38,270 nucleotides of DNA from Octopus sinensis. Lineage: Eukaryota. How positions within the stretch are numbered: position 1 is the first letter of the stretch; each line of letters starts with the position of its first letter. The stretch is taken from NCBI RefSeq assembly GCF_006345805.1, contig NW_021835789.1, positions 1 to 38,270 on the forward strand, given 5' to 3'. This document shows positions 26,955 through 38,270 of this stretch, piece by piece. Under the pieces are notes generated by a model. That model searched no databases and was not told the origin of the DNA. It worked only from the letters and a program-made list of their open reading frames with translations. The position numbers and the translations under genes were made by a program.

Positions 26955-27740
26955 AGGCGGCGAGCTGGCAGAATCGTTAACACGCATGGCAAAATGCTTA
27001 GTAGTATTACGTCTGTCTTTACGTTCTGAGTTCAAATTTCGCCCAGTTCGACTTTGCCTTTCATCCTTCCGGGGTCGATAAATTAAGTACCAGTTACGTA
27101 CTGGGATCGATGTAATCGACTTAATCCCTTTGTCTGTCCTTGCTTGTCCCCTCTATGTTTAATCCCTTGTGGGTAATAAAGAAATAAGAATCGTTAGCAC
27201 ACCGGGCAAAATGCTTTGCGGTATTGCGTCTACCGCTACGTTCTGAGTTCAAATTCCGCCGAGGTCGACTTTGCCTTTCATCCTTTCGGGGTCGATTAAT
27301 TAAGTACCAGTTATGCACTGGGGCCGATAAAATCGACTTAATCCATTTGTCTGTCCTTGTTTGTACCTCTCTGTGTTTAGCCCCTTGTAGGTAGTAAAGA
27401 AATAGGTATTTCGTGCACCTGGACGTTCTGAGTTCAAATTTCGCTGAGGTCGACTTTGCCTTTTATCCTGTCTAGATCGATAAATTAAATACCCGTGAAA
27501 CACTGGGGTCGATGTAATCGACAAATCCTCTCCCCACAAAATTTCAAACCTTTAGTAGAAAGGATTATTTATGACTTTTCTTGGGCGGTAAGCTGGCAGA
27601 ATCGTTAACACGCCGGGCAAAATGCTTAGCAGAATTTTGTCCGTCTTTACGTTCTGACTTTTAAATTCTGCCAAAGTTAACTTTACCTTTCAACCTTTCG
27701 GAATCAATAGATATAATCGACTTACCTCTAAAATTTAAAA
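26955..27740 (+). mobile_element. Tandem cluster of SINE B units
   Basis: Four GAGTTCAAATT/GACTTTTAAATT cores. Units restart immediately after the AAAGAAATA tail. Confidence 0.9.
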
Positions 27741-28316
27741 CCATTATTTATAGTTTTTCTAATCCGAGTTCAACCGTTAAATAAAATTAACATTGCTATT
27801 TTCCTCTGCAAGTTCACCAGATCAGATTACCAGTAATACTTAATGGCTTCCTGTTTTCAAGGTTGGTCAACGAAGATTATCCTGACGATAACTTGCTGTA
27901 AATTTAGCGAGTTAAATCATTCTGTTTTTCTATACCTCATACTGTGATGCTTCTGGACACACCACTGGTGATGTTTCTTGGGGTTGGTTAGTCAAACCCT
28001 AACTTGTGTGCAGTTAGCTCCAGCCCAGGTAGCTCTGCATTTTCCAGGATTCGCACCTTTTGATCCACAGTCATCTTGGGGCAACGTTCTCTGCCTCTAC
28101 AAGCAAGCTTGATGGCCTTCAGCCGACTGGGACCTGTACACAAAGCATATTGTGATCTCTGCTGCAGGAATGCAAACCCCTGTTTTCTTACGTCGATGGA
28201 ATCTCACCTTGCTTGCTACCCATTGCTTTGGCTTAACTCCAGCAGATCCGTTTATTTCCTTCTCTTACTCTCATTTACCTCCTTCATTAAGTCCTCCAAG
28301 GGAATGGAGAAGTACC

Positions 28317-28550
28317 TATTTCTTTACTACCCACAAGGGGCTAAACACAGAGGAGACAAACAAGGACAAACAAATGGATTAAGTCGATTACATCGACCCC
28401 AGGGCGTAACTGGTACTTAATTTATCGACCCCCGAAAGGATGAAAGGCAAAGTCAACCTCGGTGGAATTTGAACTCACAACGTAACGACAGACGAAATGC
28501 TGCTACGCATTTCGGCCGGGCTTGCTAACGACTCTGCCAGCTCGCCGCCT
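28317..28550 (-). mobile_element. Full-length SINE group B, the 3' part of the tRNA-SINE chimera
   Basis: Head GGCGGCGAGCTGGCAGAGTCG through tail GTAGTAAAGAAATA. Confidence 0.92.
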
Positions 28551-28563
28551 TAAAGTAACGAGC

Positions 28564-28635
28564 CTCCCCGGCGGGGAATCGAACTCCGGTCTCCCGCGTG
28601 ACGGGCGGGGATACTTACCACTATACTACCGAGGA
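28564..28635 (-). tRNA. tRNA-Asp-GTC: tRNA-Asp(GTC) copy, probably a retroposed pseudogene
   Basis: 72 nt TCCTCGGTAGTATAGTGG...GTTCGATTCCCCGCCGGGGAG. Cloverleaf with anticodon GTC at 28602-28600. U33 is C, and there is one T-stem A-C mismatch. Confidence 0.92.
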
Positions 28636-28844
28636 TCAGAATGGAGAAGTACCATCAGAGCTACCAGCTTGGAGATAACGAGTATAAATCTGTCGTCAGA
28701 TTTTCGTTCGATACAATCAAAAGTAGTTCATCGGAAGAGCCGTTGAAGCGTCACGTAGAAAGACTCGTGATATTTGTTTTGACTTAGTGTACTTGAAGTT
28801 TCAATGGGATTGAGCCCAACACTCTGATCACCACTGGTATCACT

Positions 28845-29431
28845 TTTACATTACCAGCAGCCATATTCCTACCGCTCTATGTAACGCTGGTGAGACCCAT
28901 ATTGGAGTACGGGATTCAAGCCTCTTCTCCCTATCTCCTCAAAGACATACTGCATCTCGAAAGAGTCCAGAAGCTGGCTACCCACATGGTTCATGGTCTC
29001 AAGAATTTGTCATATGAAGAAAGGCTGAAGACGCTCGACCTTTATTCTCTAGAAAAACGACGACGCCGTGGAGATCTCATTCTTGCTCACAACATCATAA
29101 GCGGAAAGTGTAACCTCTCGAAAGTGCTGTTCTTCACTCCTGCTCCAGAGCGTCGGCTGCGGGGTCATTCCGAAAAGCTCTATCTGCGACGATTTCATCT
29201 CAATCGAAGAGAGGGTCTTTCTCCGTCCGGGTTGCGGATCCGTGGAATAAGCTGCCAGACGAGATGGTGAAGATGCCGACGACCGCTCGGTTCAAAGTCT
29301 CCCTTGACCTCAAGTGGCCTGAACTCTTTACATGAACATCACCCTGTACATAACTCCATGTCCCCCTACATGGCCTTGCTTTTTGCTTTTTGAGCCAAAA
29401 AGTTAACTAACTAACTTAACTAACTAACTAA
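28845..29431 (+). mobile_element. CR1-clade LINE 3' fragment (ORF2 C-terminus, 3' UTR and (CTAA)n tail)
   Basis: LVRPILEYGIQASSPYL.KDI..LERVQKLAT...LSYEERLKTLDLYSLEKRRRRGDLI is the classic CR1 post-RT region. A frameshift is present near 29220. Confidence 0.93.
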
Positions 29432-29509
29432 TTACCCTCTCGCATTCCATACACACACACTAACACACATGTATATGTATGTGTGTGTGAGTGTGTGTAT
29501 GTGGCTGTG

Positions 29510-29830
29510 CTTATCCGTCGATTACAATGGTCACGGCGGTCTAATTGATCCGATCAACAGAACAGCCTGCTCATTAAATTAACGTGCATGTGGCTGAGTA
29601 CTCCGCAGACACATATACTCTTAATGTAGTTCTCAGGGAGATTCAACGGGACACAGAGCGTGACAAAGCCGTCCCTTTGAAATACAGGTACAACTCATTA
29701 TCGCCAACTGATTGGACTGGAGGAACGTGAAATAGAATGCCTTGCCCGAGAACACACTGCCCCCCACCGAGTATCGAACTCAAAACCCTACGATCGTGAG
29801 TCGAATACCTTAACCATTAAGCCACACGCC
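29510..29830 (-). mobile_element. SINE group C, degenerate
   Basis: GATCCGATCAACAGAACAGCCTGCTC...AATTAACGTG is the reverse of the 23185-23230 block. Confidence 0.8.
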
Positions 29831-30217
29831 AACACGTTGCTCTATTTACGTGCCTGTTGATCTGCAAAAGAGATCGATTAAATAATTACGGAACTTTAAA
29901 AAAAAGTGAAGAGCCTGGTCAAGTTCACCAGCTAAATATTTCAATGCGGTGCTGTAGCATGGCCGCATTCCAATGTCTGGAACAAGTGAAATAATAAAAT
30001 ATTGAAAAAATTATTTTGTGTTGTTCAGTTTCGGAACCCAAACTAGACATCGAAATAAGAAAAAAAATGGGAAGTATAATTTTAACGTTTAAGGTCAAAG
30101 GGAAATAATCATGTGTGTAAATCATTTTGAATTATTTCCCTTACACCATGAGACTTCGCTCTGCAACCAAATCTTTGTAGTATTTTTTTTACCTCAATTC
30201 TGTTAACTTTATCTATG

Positions 30218-30260
30218 TAGTAGTAGTATTAGTAGTAGTAGCAGCAGCAGCAGCAGCAGT

Positions 30261-30354
<94 letters not shown>

Positions 30355-30447
30355 TGGTAACAGCAGCAGCAGCAGCAGTAGTAGTTGTAGTGGTGGTGGT
30401 GGTGGTAGTAGTAGTATTAGTAGTAGTAGTAGTGGTAACAGCAGCAA

Positions 30448-30539
<92 letters not shown>

Positions 30540-30545
30540 TTGGTG
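30218..30545. repeat. (AGT)n/(AGC)n compound microsatellite
   Basis: Directly visible. Confidence 0.95.
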
Positions 30546-30631
30546 TTATAAAATATATAGAGTCACATTAAACTCGCACCATTTTAAGCAGAACATATTC
30601 AGGTCAAAAGCGGTCGTTAATATGCTAAGTG

Positions 30632-30957
30632 GCCCTCTGTAGATTACGACGTCCAGAATTCCAGTTGATCCGATCAACGGAACAGCCTGCTCGTGAAATT
30701 AACGTGCAACTGGCTGAGTACTCCACAGACACGTGTACCCTCATAGTGGTTCTCAGGGAGAGAGAGAGAGAGCGTCTCACAGAATGTGACGAAAGCTGAC
30801 CCTTTGAAATACAGGTACTACTCATTTTTTGGCAGATGAGTAGACTGGTGCAACGTGAAATAAATCTTGTTGTTCAAGGAAACGAAGCGCCGCTAGGAAT
30901 CGAACTCACGACCTTACGATCGTAAGCCGACTACGCTAACCACTGAACCACACACCT
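30632..30957 (-). mobile_element. SINE group C
   Basis: Same tail block as 29510-29830, plus a tRNA-like head at the right end. Confidence 0.85.
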
Positions 30958-30984
30958 TCACTTTTAATGCATTAAACATATAAT

Positions 30985-31400
30985 CCTTTTCTACTCTAGG
31001 CACAAGGCCCGAAACTTTTTGGGCGGGGGCCAGTCGATTAGATCGACCCCAGTACGCAACTGGTACCTAATTTATTAAGCCCCGAAATGATGAAAGGCAA
31101 AGTCGACCTCGGCGGAATTTGAACTCAGAACGGAAAGACAGACGAAATACATATTTCTTTACTACCCACAAGGGGCTAAACACAGAGAGGACAAACAAGG
31201 ACAGACAAACGGATTAAGTCGATTACATCGACCCCAGTGAGTAACTGGTACTTACTTAATCGACCCTGAAAGGATGAAAGGCACAGTCGACCTCGGCGGA
31301 ATTTTAACTCAGAAGGTAGCGGCAGTCGAAATACCTATTTCTTTACTACCCACAAGGGGCTAAACGCAGAGAGGACAAACAAGGACAGACAAACGGATTA
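30985..31400 (-). mobile_element. Tandem SINE B units
   Basis: Repeated AAAGAAATA.GTATTTCG junctions. Confidence 0.9.
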
Positions 31401-31996
31401 CTCCTCCAGTACTGTTCTGATTTTGTCTACAGAATTCATATTTTTCCCATCCAAATAATTTTGAAGACTGCGGAATAAATGATAATCAGACGGGCATTGT
31501 CCGGCCCATATGGTTGATGGGGCATCGTTTCCCATTCAAACAGATCCAACCTCTGGAATATCATCCTCGCTGTATATGGCCAAGCATTATCCTGATGGAA
31601 GAACCTTTCGTCTTGAAACCAAAGATGATTGTTTTTCTTCTAGGGCTTACTTGAATGGCTGGTTGAATGACCAAGTCCAAACTTCTCTGCTAGCTTCTCA
31701 ACAGTTACGATGGCATTTTGTTCCACCAGGGTTTGCAGGACATCCTCATCAAGTTCTACAGATCTTCCAGGACGAGGTTCGTCTTTTAGGATGTAGTTTC
31801 AGGCTCGGAATTTCTGGGACCACCGTTGACACTGGCCTACATTTATTGCCCGCTCTCCATACACTGCATTAATATTCCTCGCACTTTCCGTTGTGTTGTT
31901 GCCGTTATTGAACACATAAAACAAAATATACCGAATATGCTCCTTTGTCACTTCTATTATAGCATTGTATATGTAACTGTTAAAATCGAACTGCAC
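31401..31996 (-). mobile_element. Internally deleted mariner transposase
   Basis: EVTKEHIRYILFYVFNNGNNTTESARNINAVYGE...DEPRPGR (HTH region) is fused to FHQDNAW..HQPYGPDNA/SDYHLFRSLQNYL. The WVPHEL and first-Asp region is missing. Confidence 0.9.
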
Positions 31997-32326
31997 TCTT
32001 CAAAACTTGCACTAAGAATAAGTACGAGGTAAAATTACTACCTGTAGTTATAGCAAGCTGATGCAGGTACTATATCCTGTCCCGTCTGACTTTCAGTTCA
32101 TGCAGTTGAAAAAAACTGCATTATATATGGGATGACTTAATGTATATGTATATGACCCTATGCAGTCCTGTGTAGGACACTGGGAATCACCAAGCAAAGA
32201 AAATCACCAGGGTCTAGCAGCATATTACTAATTCGTCTATCACACAAACATTCTATCACACAAACACACACACCACCACACACACACACACCACCACACA
32301 CACATATATATAAAATATATATATAT

Positions 32327-32358
<32 letters not shown>

Positions 32359-32414
32359 ATGGTGAATTGAAGAAATGGAGATGAACGAAGACGAAGATTG
32401 AACAGAAATCGTTT

Positions 32415-32508
32415 TATTTCATTCTACACGTGTTTCGAAAGGCACAATTTACCAAAATCCGATTGAATAATGAGACCATATTGTGTCTTTCTCTTCAGGG
32501 AGAAATAG
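32415..32508 (-). ncRNA. Type I hammerhead ribozyme motif, copy 1
   Basis: CUGAAGA (32498-32492), long stem II, GAAACACGUGUA, GUA site at 32425. Confidence 0.78.
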
Positions 32509-32874
32509 GAAATCCGTTGTAAAAAACAAAAACAGAACAGAGGCGGAGCAAAACAAATCGAACTAGGCTCCTAAGAGCCCATGGCAAAACTGATTATCAG
32601 TGTATGTTGAGAACCGGTGGCTGAAGATTTAACGGTCAGGCAGCGGTCAATCATGTGGGTGAGGTGTGAGATGTTCTTTGTGAGAACTTTATTCTCGTCA
32701 CAAAGAACATCTACACACCCTCACCCACATGATTGACCGCTGCTGACCCGTTAAAATCTTCACCACCGGTTCTCAACATACACTGATAATCAGTTTTGCC
32801 ATGGGCTCTTAGGAGCCTAGTTCGATTTGTTTTGCTCCGCCTCTGTTCTTTTTTGTTTTTTCCAACGGATTTCC

Positions 32875-32965
32875 TATTTCTCCTGAAGAGAAAGACACAA
32901 TATGGTCTCATTATTCATCGGATTTTGGTAAATTGTGCCTTTCGAAACACGTGTAGAATGAAATA
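32875..32965 (+). ncRNA. Type I hammerhead ribozyme motif, copy 2
   Basis: UAUUUCUC-CUGAAGA (32883-32889)-GAAAGACACAAU/AUUGUGCCUUUC-GAAA-CACGUGUA-GAAUGAAAUA. Site at 32955. Confidence 0.82.
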
Positions 32966-33227
32966 AAACGATTTCTGTTTAATCTTCGTTCAGCTCCATT
33001 TCTTCAATTCACCATTAATATTTTAATTTCAATTATCCGCACCAACGCACGGTTGCCCAACATATGGTTGTACTCCAACCGTGCTGTTTTCTGCTGTGAT
33101 TTTTGCTACCAAGGTATCGGTTAAACTTTTGATTAATCTGCTCTCAAGATTATTCATCTTTCTATTTCACATAATATATATAATATAATACATATATATA
33201 TATATATAATATATATATATATATATG

Positions 33228-33258
<31 letters not shown>

Positions 33259-33269
33259 ATATATATATA

Positions 33270-33342
<73 letters not shown>

Positions 33343-33546
33343 TGAAATAGAAAGATGAATAATCTTGTTGCAGATTAATCAAAAGTTTAACCGATACCTT
33401 GGGAGCAAAAATCACAGCAGAAGACAGCACGGTTGGAGGTACAACCATATGGTGTTGCAACCGTGCGTTGGTGCGGATAATTGAATTTTAATATTATTAG
33501 TGAATTGAAGAAATGGAGTTGAACGAAGATTGAACAGAAATCGTTT

Positions 33547-33639
33547 TATTGCATTCTACACGTGTTTCGAAAGGTACAATTTACCAAATTCCGATTGAAT
33601 AAGGAGACCATATTGTGTCTTTCTCTTCAGGAAGAAACA
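33547..33639 (-). ncRNA. Type I hammerhead ribozyme motif, copy 3
   Basis: CUGAAGA (33630-33624), GAAACACGUGUA, site at 33557. Confidence 0.75.
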
Positions 33640-33754
33640 GGAAATCCGTTGGAAAAAACAAAAACAGAACAGTTTGGCCATGGGCTCTTAGGAGCCTCGT
33701 TCGATTTGTTTTGCTCCGCCTCTGTTCTGTTTTTGTTTTTTCCAACGGATTTCC

Positions 33755-33847
33755 TATTTCTCCTGAAGAGAAAGGACACAATATGGTCTCCTTATTCAAT
33801 CGGAATTTGGTAAATTGTGCCTTTCGAAACACGTGTAGAATGCAATA
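33755..33847 (+). ncRNA. Type I hammerhead ribozyme motif, copy 4
   Basis: CUGAAGA (33763-33769), GAAA (33826-33829), site at 33837. Confidence 0.8.
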
Positions 33848-33898
33848 AAACGATTTCTGTTCAATTTTCGTTCAACTCCATTCTTCAATTCACTAATA

Positions 33899-33929
<31 letters not shown>

Positions 33930-33930
33930 C

Positions 33931-34016
<86 letters not shown>

Positions 34017-34575
34017 GTGAATGTGTTTGTATGTACGAATATGTATGTATATAGATATGAATACATTTCTGTTCATGTGAGTAATAAAACATCGCATCTA
34101 TGTGTGCAAGTATATATGTATACATGTGCCCGCGTCTGCATATGTATGTGTTTGTCCGTATGTATGAACGTGTAGATTTATAGTTGTACTATCGCTAACC
34201 CTGACTCGTTCTCATATGCATGAATATACACTCACATACATATCAACCTACTTACCTACATACATACATATATGTGCGCGCGCACACACACACACCCACA
34301 CGTACACACACACACACACACACACATAGATACACACACACATATACACCCACACAAAGAGGCTAGGAAACACACATACTGGAAAATAGCCGTTTCCATT
34401 TTCTCACAATTAAGAATTACGCAATCCGCTTTTCTTGACATGAGATGTCTTAGAAATAGCAACAACGATAGAAAATCGAGTGCCGTGATCAAATTATATG
34501 ATCATTATCTAGTATCCATCTTTCTTTATTAAGTGATGTTTTTTATAATTATTTTCTGATTCCTTTCATGTATAG

Positions 34576-36400
34576 TTTTTTTTTTTTTATTCAGGTACTG
34601 GCTTTAGTTGTCATCTAAGGGAGACAATTTTCTTAATATGACCAGGTCGTAATAAAGTTGTGTCCCTTACATTCTAATCTTCTTATCGTATGCTAGTAGA
34701 CTTGAGCCAAATTTGGAGACCATTATTTGTTTAGAGTTTACACAACATCTGGATATGCTAGATATAGAAATCGGAAATAGAAATCAAGTATCCCACAAGT
34801 CCCAACACCTTTCTTTTCTTCCATAGAGAAGAATGCAGTGAATAATAGTATCACTTTCTGTTCCTCATTTGTCACTCAGTTCTCAATGCTATTTTTTTTC
34901 AAATGATGCCCAACGAATTGAGTTGTCTCTTTCTTTTCTTTCTTTTTTTGTTTTGTTGAGAAGCTTTCTGGTCGCCTAAACTCTTCAATGCTTGTCACTC
35001 TGTCTACATAGGATACCTTCAGCATTCCGTCTAAGAAACTTCATCTCTGTGTCACTGATAAGTTTTTACATTTATTTTTTCTTTTCTTTTCTTTCTTTCT
35101 TTCCTCTTTTCACGCAACAAATATATGAGGTGAGGTTTATGCATTTATGCATGCATTTGGGAGTAATTTCCTCACTCCTACTCATAGCCGTTTATTCGAC
35201 AAAATCTGTTTGATATCACTATAAATAGCCTTGGACTGTCATCTCCATGACAATTTCCGCGATATACGTAACAAATAATGTTCCCAGAAATTAAACACTT
35301 TCAACTTCTTTAAGTTTGTTCTATAATTTATACTGTAGCAAATTTGTTTTGTCGTTGTCTCAGACCTTAACTTTTTGATTTTTTTAATATTAAGATTCAT
35401 GCCAAGTTTTCACTCAAATCATTAATAGAACTAATGCTTGAGTATTTTCCTTGTATTTGAAAAGGAGACATTTCCCGAAATATTATAGGATCATTAAACA
35501 ACGTATTGAAGTTAATAAAATGCTATTTCTCTTTCGCTTCAGTCATTGATAACAACATACATATTTTGCTTACTCCCTTAACTGCATTATTCAAAGGTTT
35601 TCGCAAATATTTATCGCATTTATATCTCAGCAGCTCATTCACTGATGCTGCTATAAGGACCATTATGTCTCTATAACGAACATTGTTTTCTCCTTCTAAC
35701 TGCATACCTGACAAATGTTCAACAGATCGCACAATTATTGCACAGCTTCATGAGAAAAAGCCTGGTGATAGCACAGGGCCCTATTATAATCCTCTTTTGA
35801 TTATCTCATATTCTAGTACCCCATTTCAAGTTTTGATGGTTGCTATCGTTGCAAATGTATGTTTCTTAATATCCGCTAATGATTTTTATATCTTCTAACA
35901 TTTTAATGATCTTCTTATTAGTTCATGCTATCAAACCCTTTTGGACAATCAATCGAATATGGATACACGTCTCTTGGTACTTGAGTTGTTCTTTCAATGA
36001 AATTCCTCAAAGCTACTTCTATTCAAATGTTCCTTTACTCCTCAACAATTCCACATTACTTTTATATGTGGATCTCAGTATGAAGACTCATTATAATATT
36101 TTTGTAATGTGCTTCAAAAACGCAGGCCGCTTCTGTGTAACCCACATTCTATTACCCAAGGATTTAGTGAGAATTCAATAAATGTTGATTTGGATGTGTT
36201 TCGTAGAATCTGCTCCTATATCGTTGATGTTACTGAGCAGGTCTGTTATTCTATCAATTCCAAAATCTTCAGGTACCATAGACATCAATCACTAATTATT
36301 ATCTGTTTCAGAGGTTTTCTTACGTTTCATCTATTTAAGTACCTGACCATTGTTGGTCTTTCAACGTTCTGTTCTGTCTACCAGTGGTCATCCATTGGAC
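34576..36400 (-). mobile_element. Heavily decayed RTE-clade LINE (RT domain to 3' end)
   Basis: Fragments in the expected order: EDFGIDRITDLL, ERTTQVPRDVYPYSIDCPK, IKRG..GPVLSP, NNVRYRDIMVLIAAS (YADD region), GMNLNIKK, KQILSNK, MLKVSYVDRV. A-rich tail at about 34576-34588. Confidence 0.8.
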
Positions 36401-36745
36401 GGTTATGTAGCTTTGTGATGTATTTAGGGTATATTTCGAGATTGTCTTTCCTTTCTCTGAATATGGAACGTTAACCCCTTGACGCCGGTATTACTCGAAG
36501 CATTCGAAACACTGCTCCGGGTTTTTTTTTATCTAATGAGACCACACAAACACACAAGTGTCAACGAGCTCGCGTCTATTTACGTTCACCGTTACAATAA
36601 CATAGCATCGTACATTTACGTCTACCAGTTTATGAAAACGAACTATGTGAAGCTATTTATCATAATAGGATATGCACGAGTTATTCTGCTCAAGTTCAGA
36701 AAATAGCTTGCGTGTGGTACTACCCAAAACACGGTATTATGCATG

Positions 36746-36975
36746 CGGCGAGCTAGCAGAAGCGTTAGCACACCGGGCGAAATGCTTTGCGGTACTTCGT
36801 TTGCCGTTACGTTCTGAGTTCAAATTCCGCCGAGGTCGACTTTGCCTTTCATCCTTTCGGGGTCGATAAATTAAGTACCAGTTACGCACTGGGGGTCGAT
36901 GTAATCGACATAATACCTATGTCTGTCCTTGTTTGTCCCCTCTATGTTTAGCCCCTTGTGGGTAATAAAGAAATA
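36746..36975 (+). mobile_element. Full-length SINE group B with a 13-bp TSD
   Basis: GGTATTATGCATG at 36733-36745 and 36976-36988. Confidence 0.93.
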
Positions 36976-36990
36976 GGTATTATGCATGTA

Positions 36991-37042
<52 letters not shown>

Positions 37043-37417
37043 ATTACGGTAGTGATATAGAGGATATTTAATATTTATTTCTAGTAGGTTAGTGACCACA
37101 TAATTAAGTTTCCATTTTCCTTCTAGATCGCCTCCATGTCTAGCTATGGCTCTCACTTTTCGGTGAAAAAAAAATTATCATGCATCCTTACAAAATATGA
37201 TGGTAATATTTTTTACCCGTGCATGACTTGTTAGAAATAATAGTCAAATTTCTTTCAAATCACAACTTCGATATCTTCAAAGTAGAAACAGAGTTTTGTA
37301 GGTTTATGCCCCTTCGAAGCAGTGGATAAGAGTTGCCTCCCATGCAATTTTATTTTTTGGCGTTAAATTGTTTTCTGTATATGTAACATCTCTCTCCAAC
37401 TCGCTATTACTCTCTTT

Positions 37418-37486
<69 letters not shown>

Positions 37487-37492
37487 ATATAG

Positions 37493-37600
<108 letters not shown>

Positions 37601-37701
37601 CCGGAGTATGCACATATGTAAAACAGGTGGAAAAAAGAGTACTCAAATACCAGAGGTAGAGTAGTATGTTTTATTTAAAAGCAGCAGAACTATATCAAAA
37701 G

Positions 37702-37739
37702 CTGTTACTCGGAGTTTCACGTTCCCGTTCGTCGGACAG
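37702..37739 (-). ncRNA. Minimal type I hammerhead-like motif with a U4C core change
   Basis: CUGU-CCGACGA-ACG(GGAA)CGU-GAAA-CUCCGAGUA-ACAG. All three stems pair. Confidence 0.55.
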
Positions 37740-38194
37740 TTTTAAAACCCGTAGCAACAGCTTTTGTTATAGTTCTGCTACTTTTAAATAAAGTATATAT
37801 TATATATATGTGTTTTAGTAATTTAGTACACGCTACTACTCTACCTAGATTTAATAACAAGCTACTTTGCACTTAGCTTGTTGCAAATCAGTGAACGATG
37901 GTCACTTTCTTTACAACATATATATGCTGGCAGAAGCGGATTTCAGCTATCGCTCCATTGCGCAGATGCGCATGGCTTATGAAGAGCCAACTAGCTCGAA
38001 AGTGGGCCAGTTCCACGTTCCTATTAGCTGATGGAGTGTTAGTAGGGGTTCATTCCCCCTGCTAGCGATATATTATACATAAAGGATGCAGAACGCTGTA
38101 TCGAAAAGCAGCTAGTTGAGAATCTGCCTGGGGTTAAACTGGTTGTAAAATTCACCAGCCACTTTGATGTGGCAACTCACTCTACTATATATAT

Positions 38195-38258
<64 letters not shown>

Positions 38259-38270
38259 ATATATATATAT

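Larger units (their letters stand above)
27930..28780 (-). mobile_element. Hero/NeSL-like retrotransposon 3' end, split by an insertion at 28317-28638
   Basis: SKLVALMVL/SIPLEDLMKEVNESKRRK*TDLL...QGFA...VEAENVAPR*LWIKRCESW matches the ELTVPWE.RMEEA.ERKR.KY..GF..AE.ASRWLWIKR motif. Confidence 0.8.
32358..33900. mobile_element. Array of four inverted Penelope-like terminal repeats (-, +, (TA)n, -, +)
   Basis: Units at 32358-32668, 32713-33171, 33341-33672 and 33673-33900 are mutual inverted near-copies, each with an HHR motif. Confidence 0.85.

Noticed and set aside
26955-27740. Regularly spaced repeats superficially like a CRISPR array
   Set aside because: Units are about 200-bp SINEs in eukaryotic DNA, with no unique spacers and no cas genes.
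34380-34448. Possible 69-nt minus-strand exon (HLMSRKADCVILNCEKMETAIF)
   Set aside because: Uses an AAG acceptor, and the GTATGT donor is likely a by-product of the adjacent (TG)n.

Overview
Repeat-dense, AT-rich metazoan non-coding DNA. The SINE families and microsatellite load resemble octopus/coleoid cephalopod genomes (from recall, not a database search). No intact protein-coding gene is supported, and nearly all ORF-track entries are microsatellite translations or SINE read-throughs. The window holds three tRNA-headed SINE groups (called A, B and C here); decayed LINE fragments (CR1, RTE, Hero/NeSL-like and other REL-type); DNA transposon relics (mariner, pogo/Tigger, hAT MITEs); one tRNA-Asp(GTC) copy; and several Penelope-like terminal repeats carrying hammerhead ribozyme (HHR) motifs. 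Two structures stand out. (1) At 32358-33900, four copies of one HHR-bearing unit are arranged -/+/(TA)n/-/+, forming three overlapping palindromes. A diverged relative at about 10.6 kb covaries in the ribozyme. (2) At 28317-28638, a pre-tRNA-Asp plus SINE chimera is flanked by an exact 15-bp target-site duplication (TSD) and interrupts a Hero-like endonuclease frame. A few short candidate exons with strong splice signals suggest the window may be intronic. All structures were read by eye, and coordinates of decayed elements are approximate.
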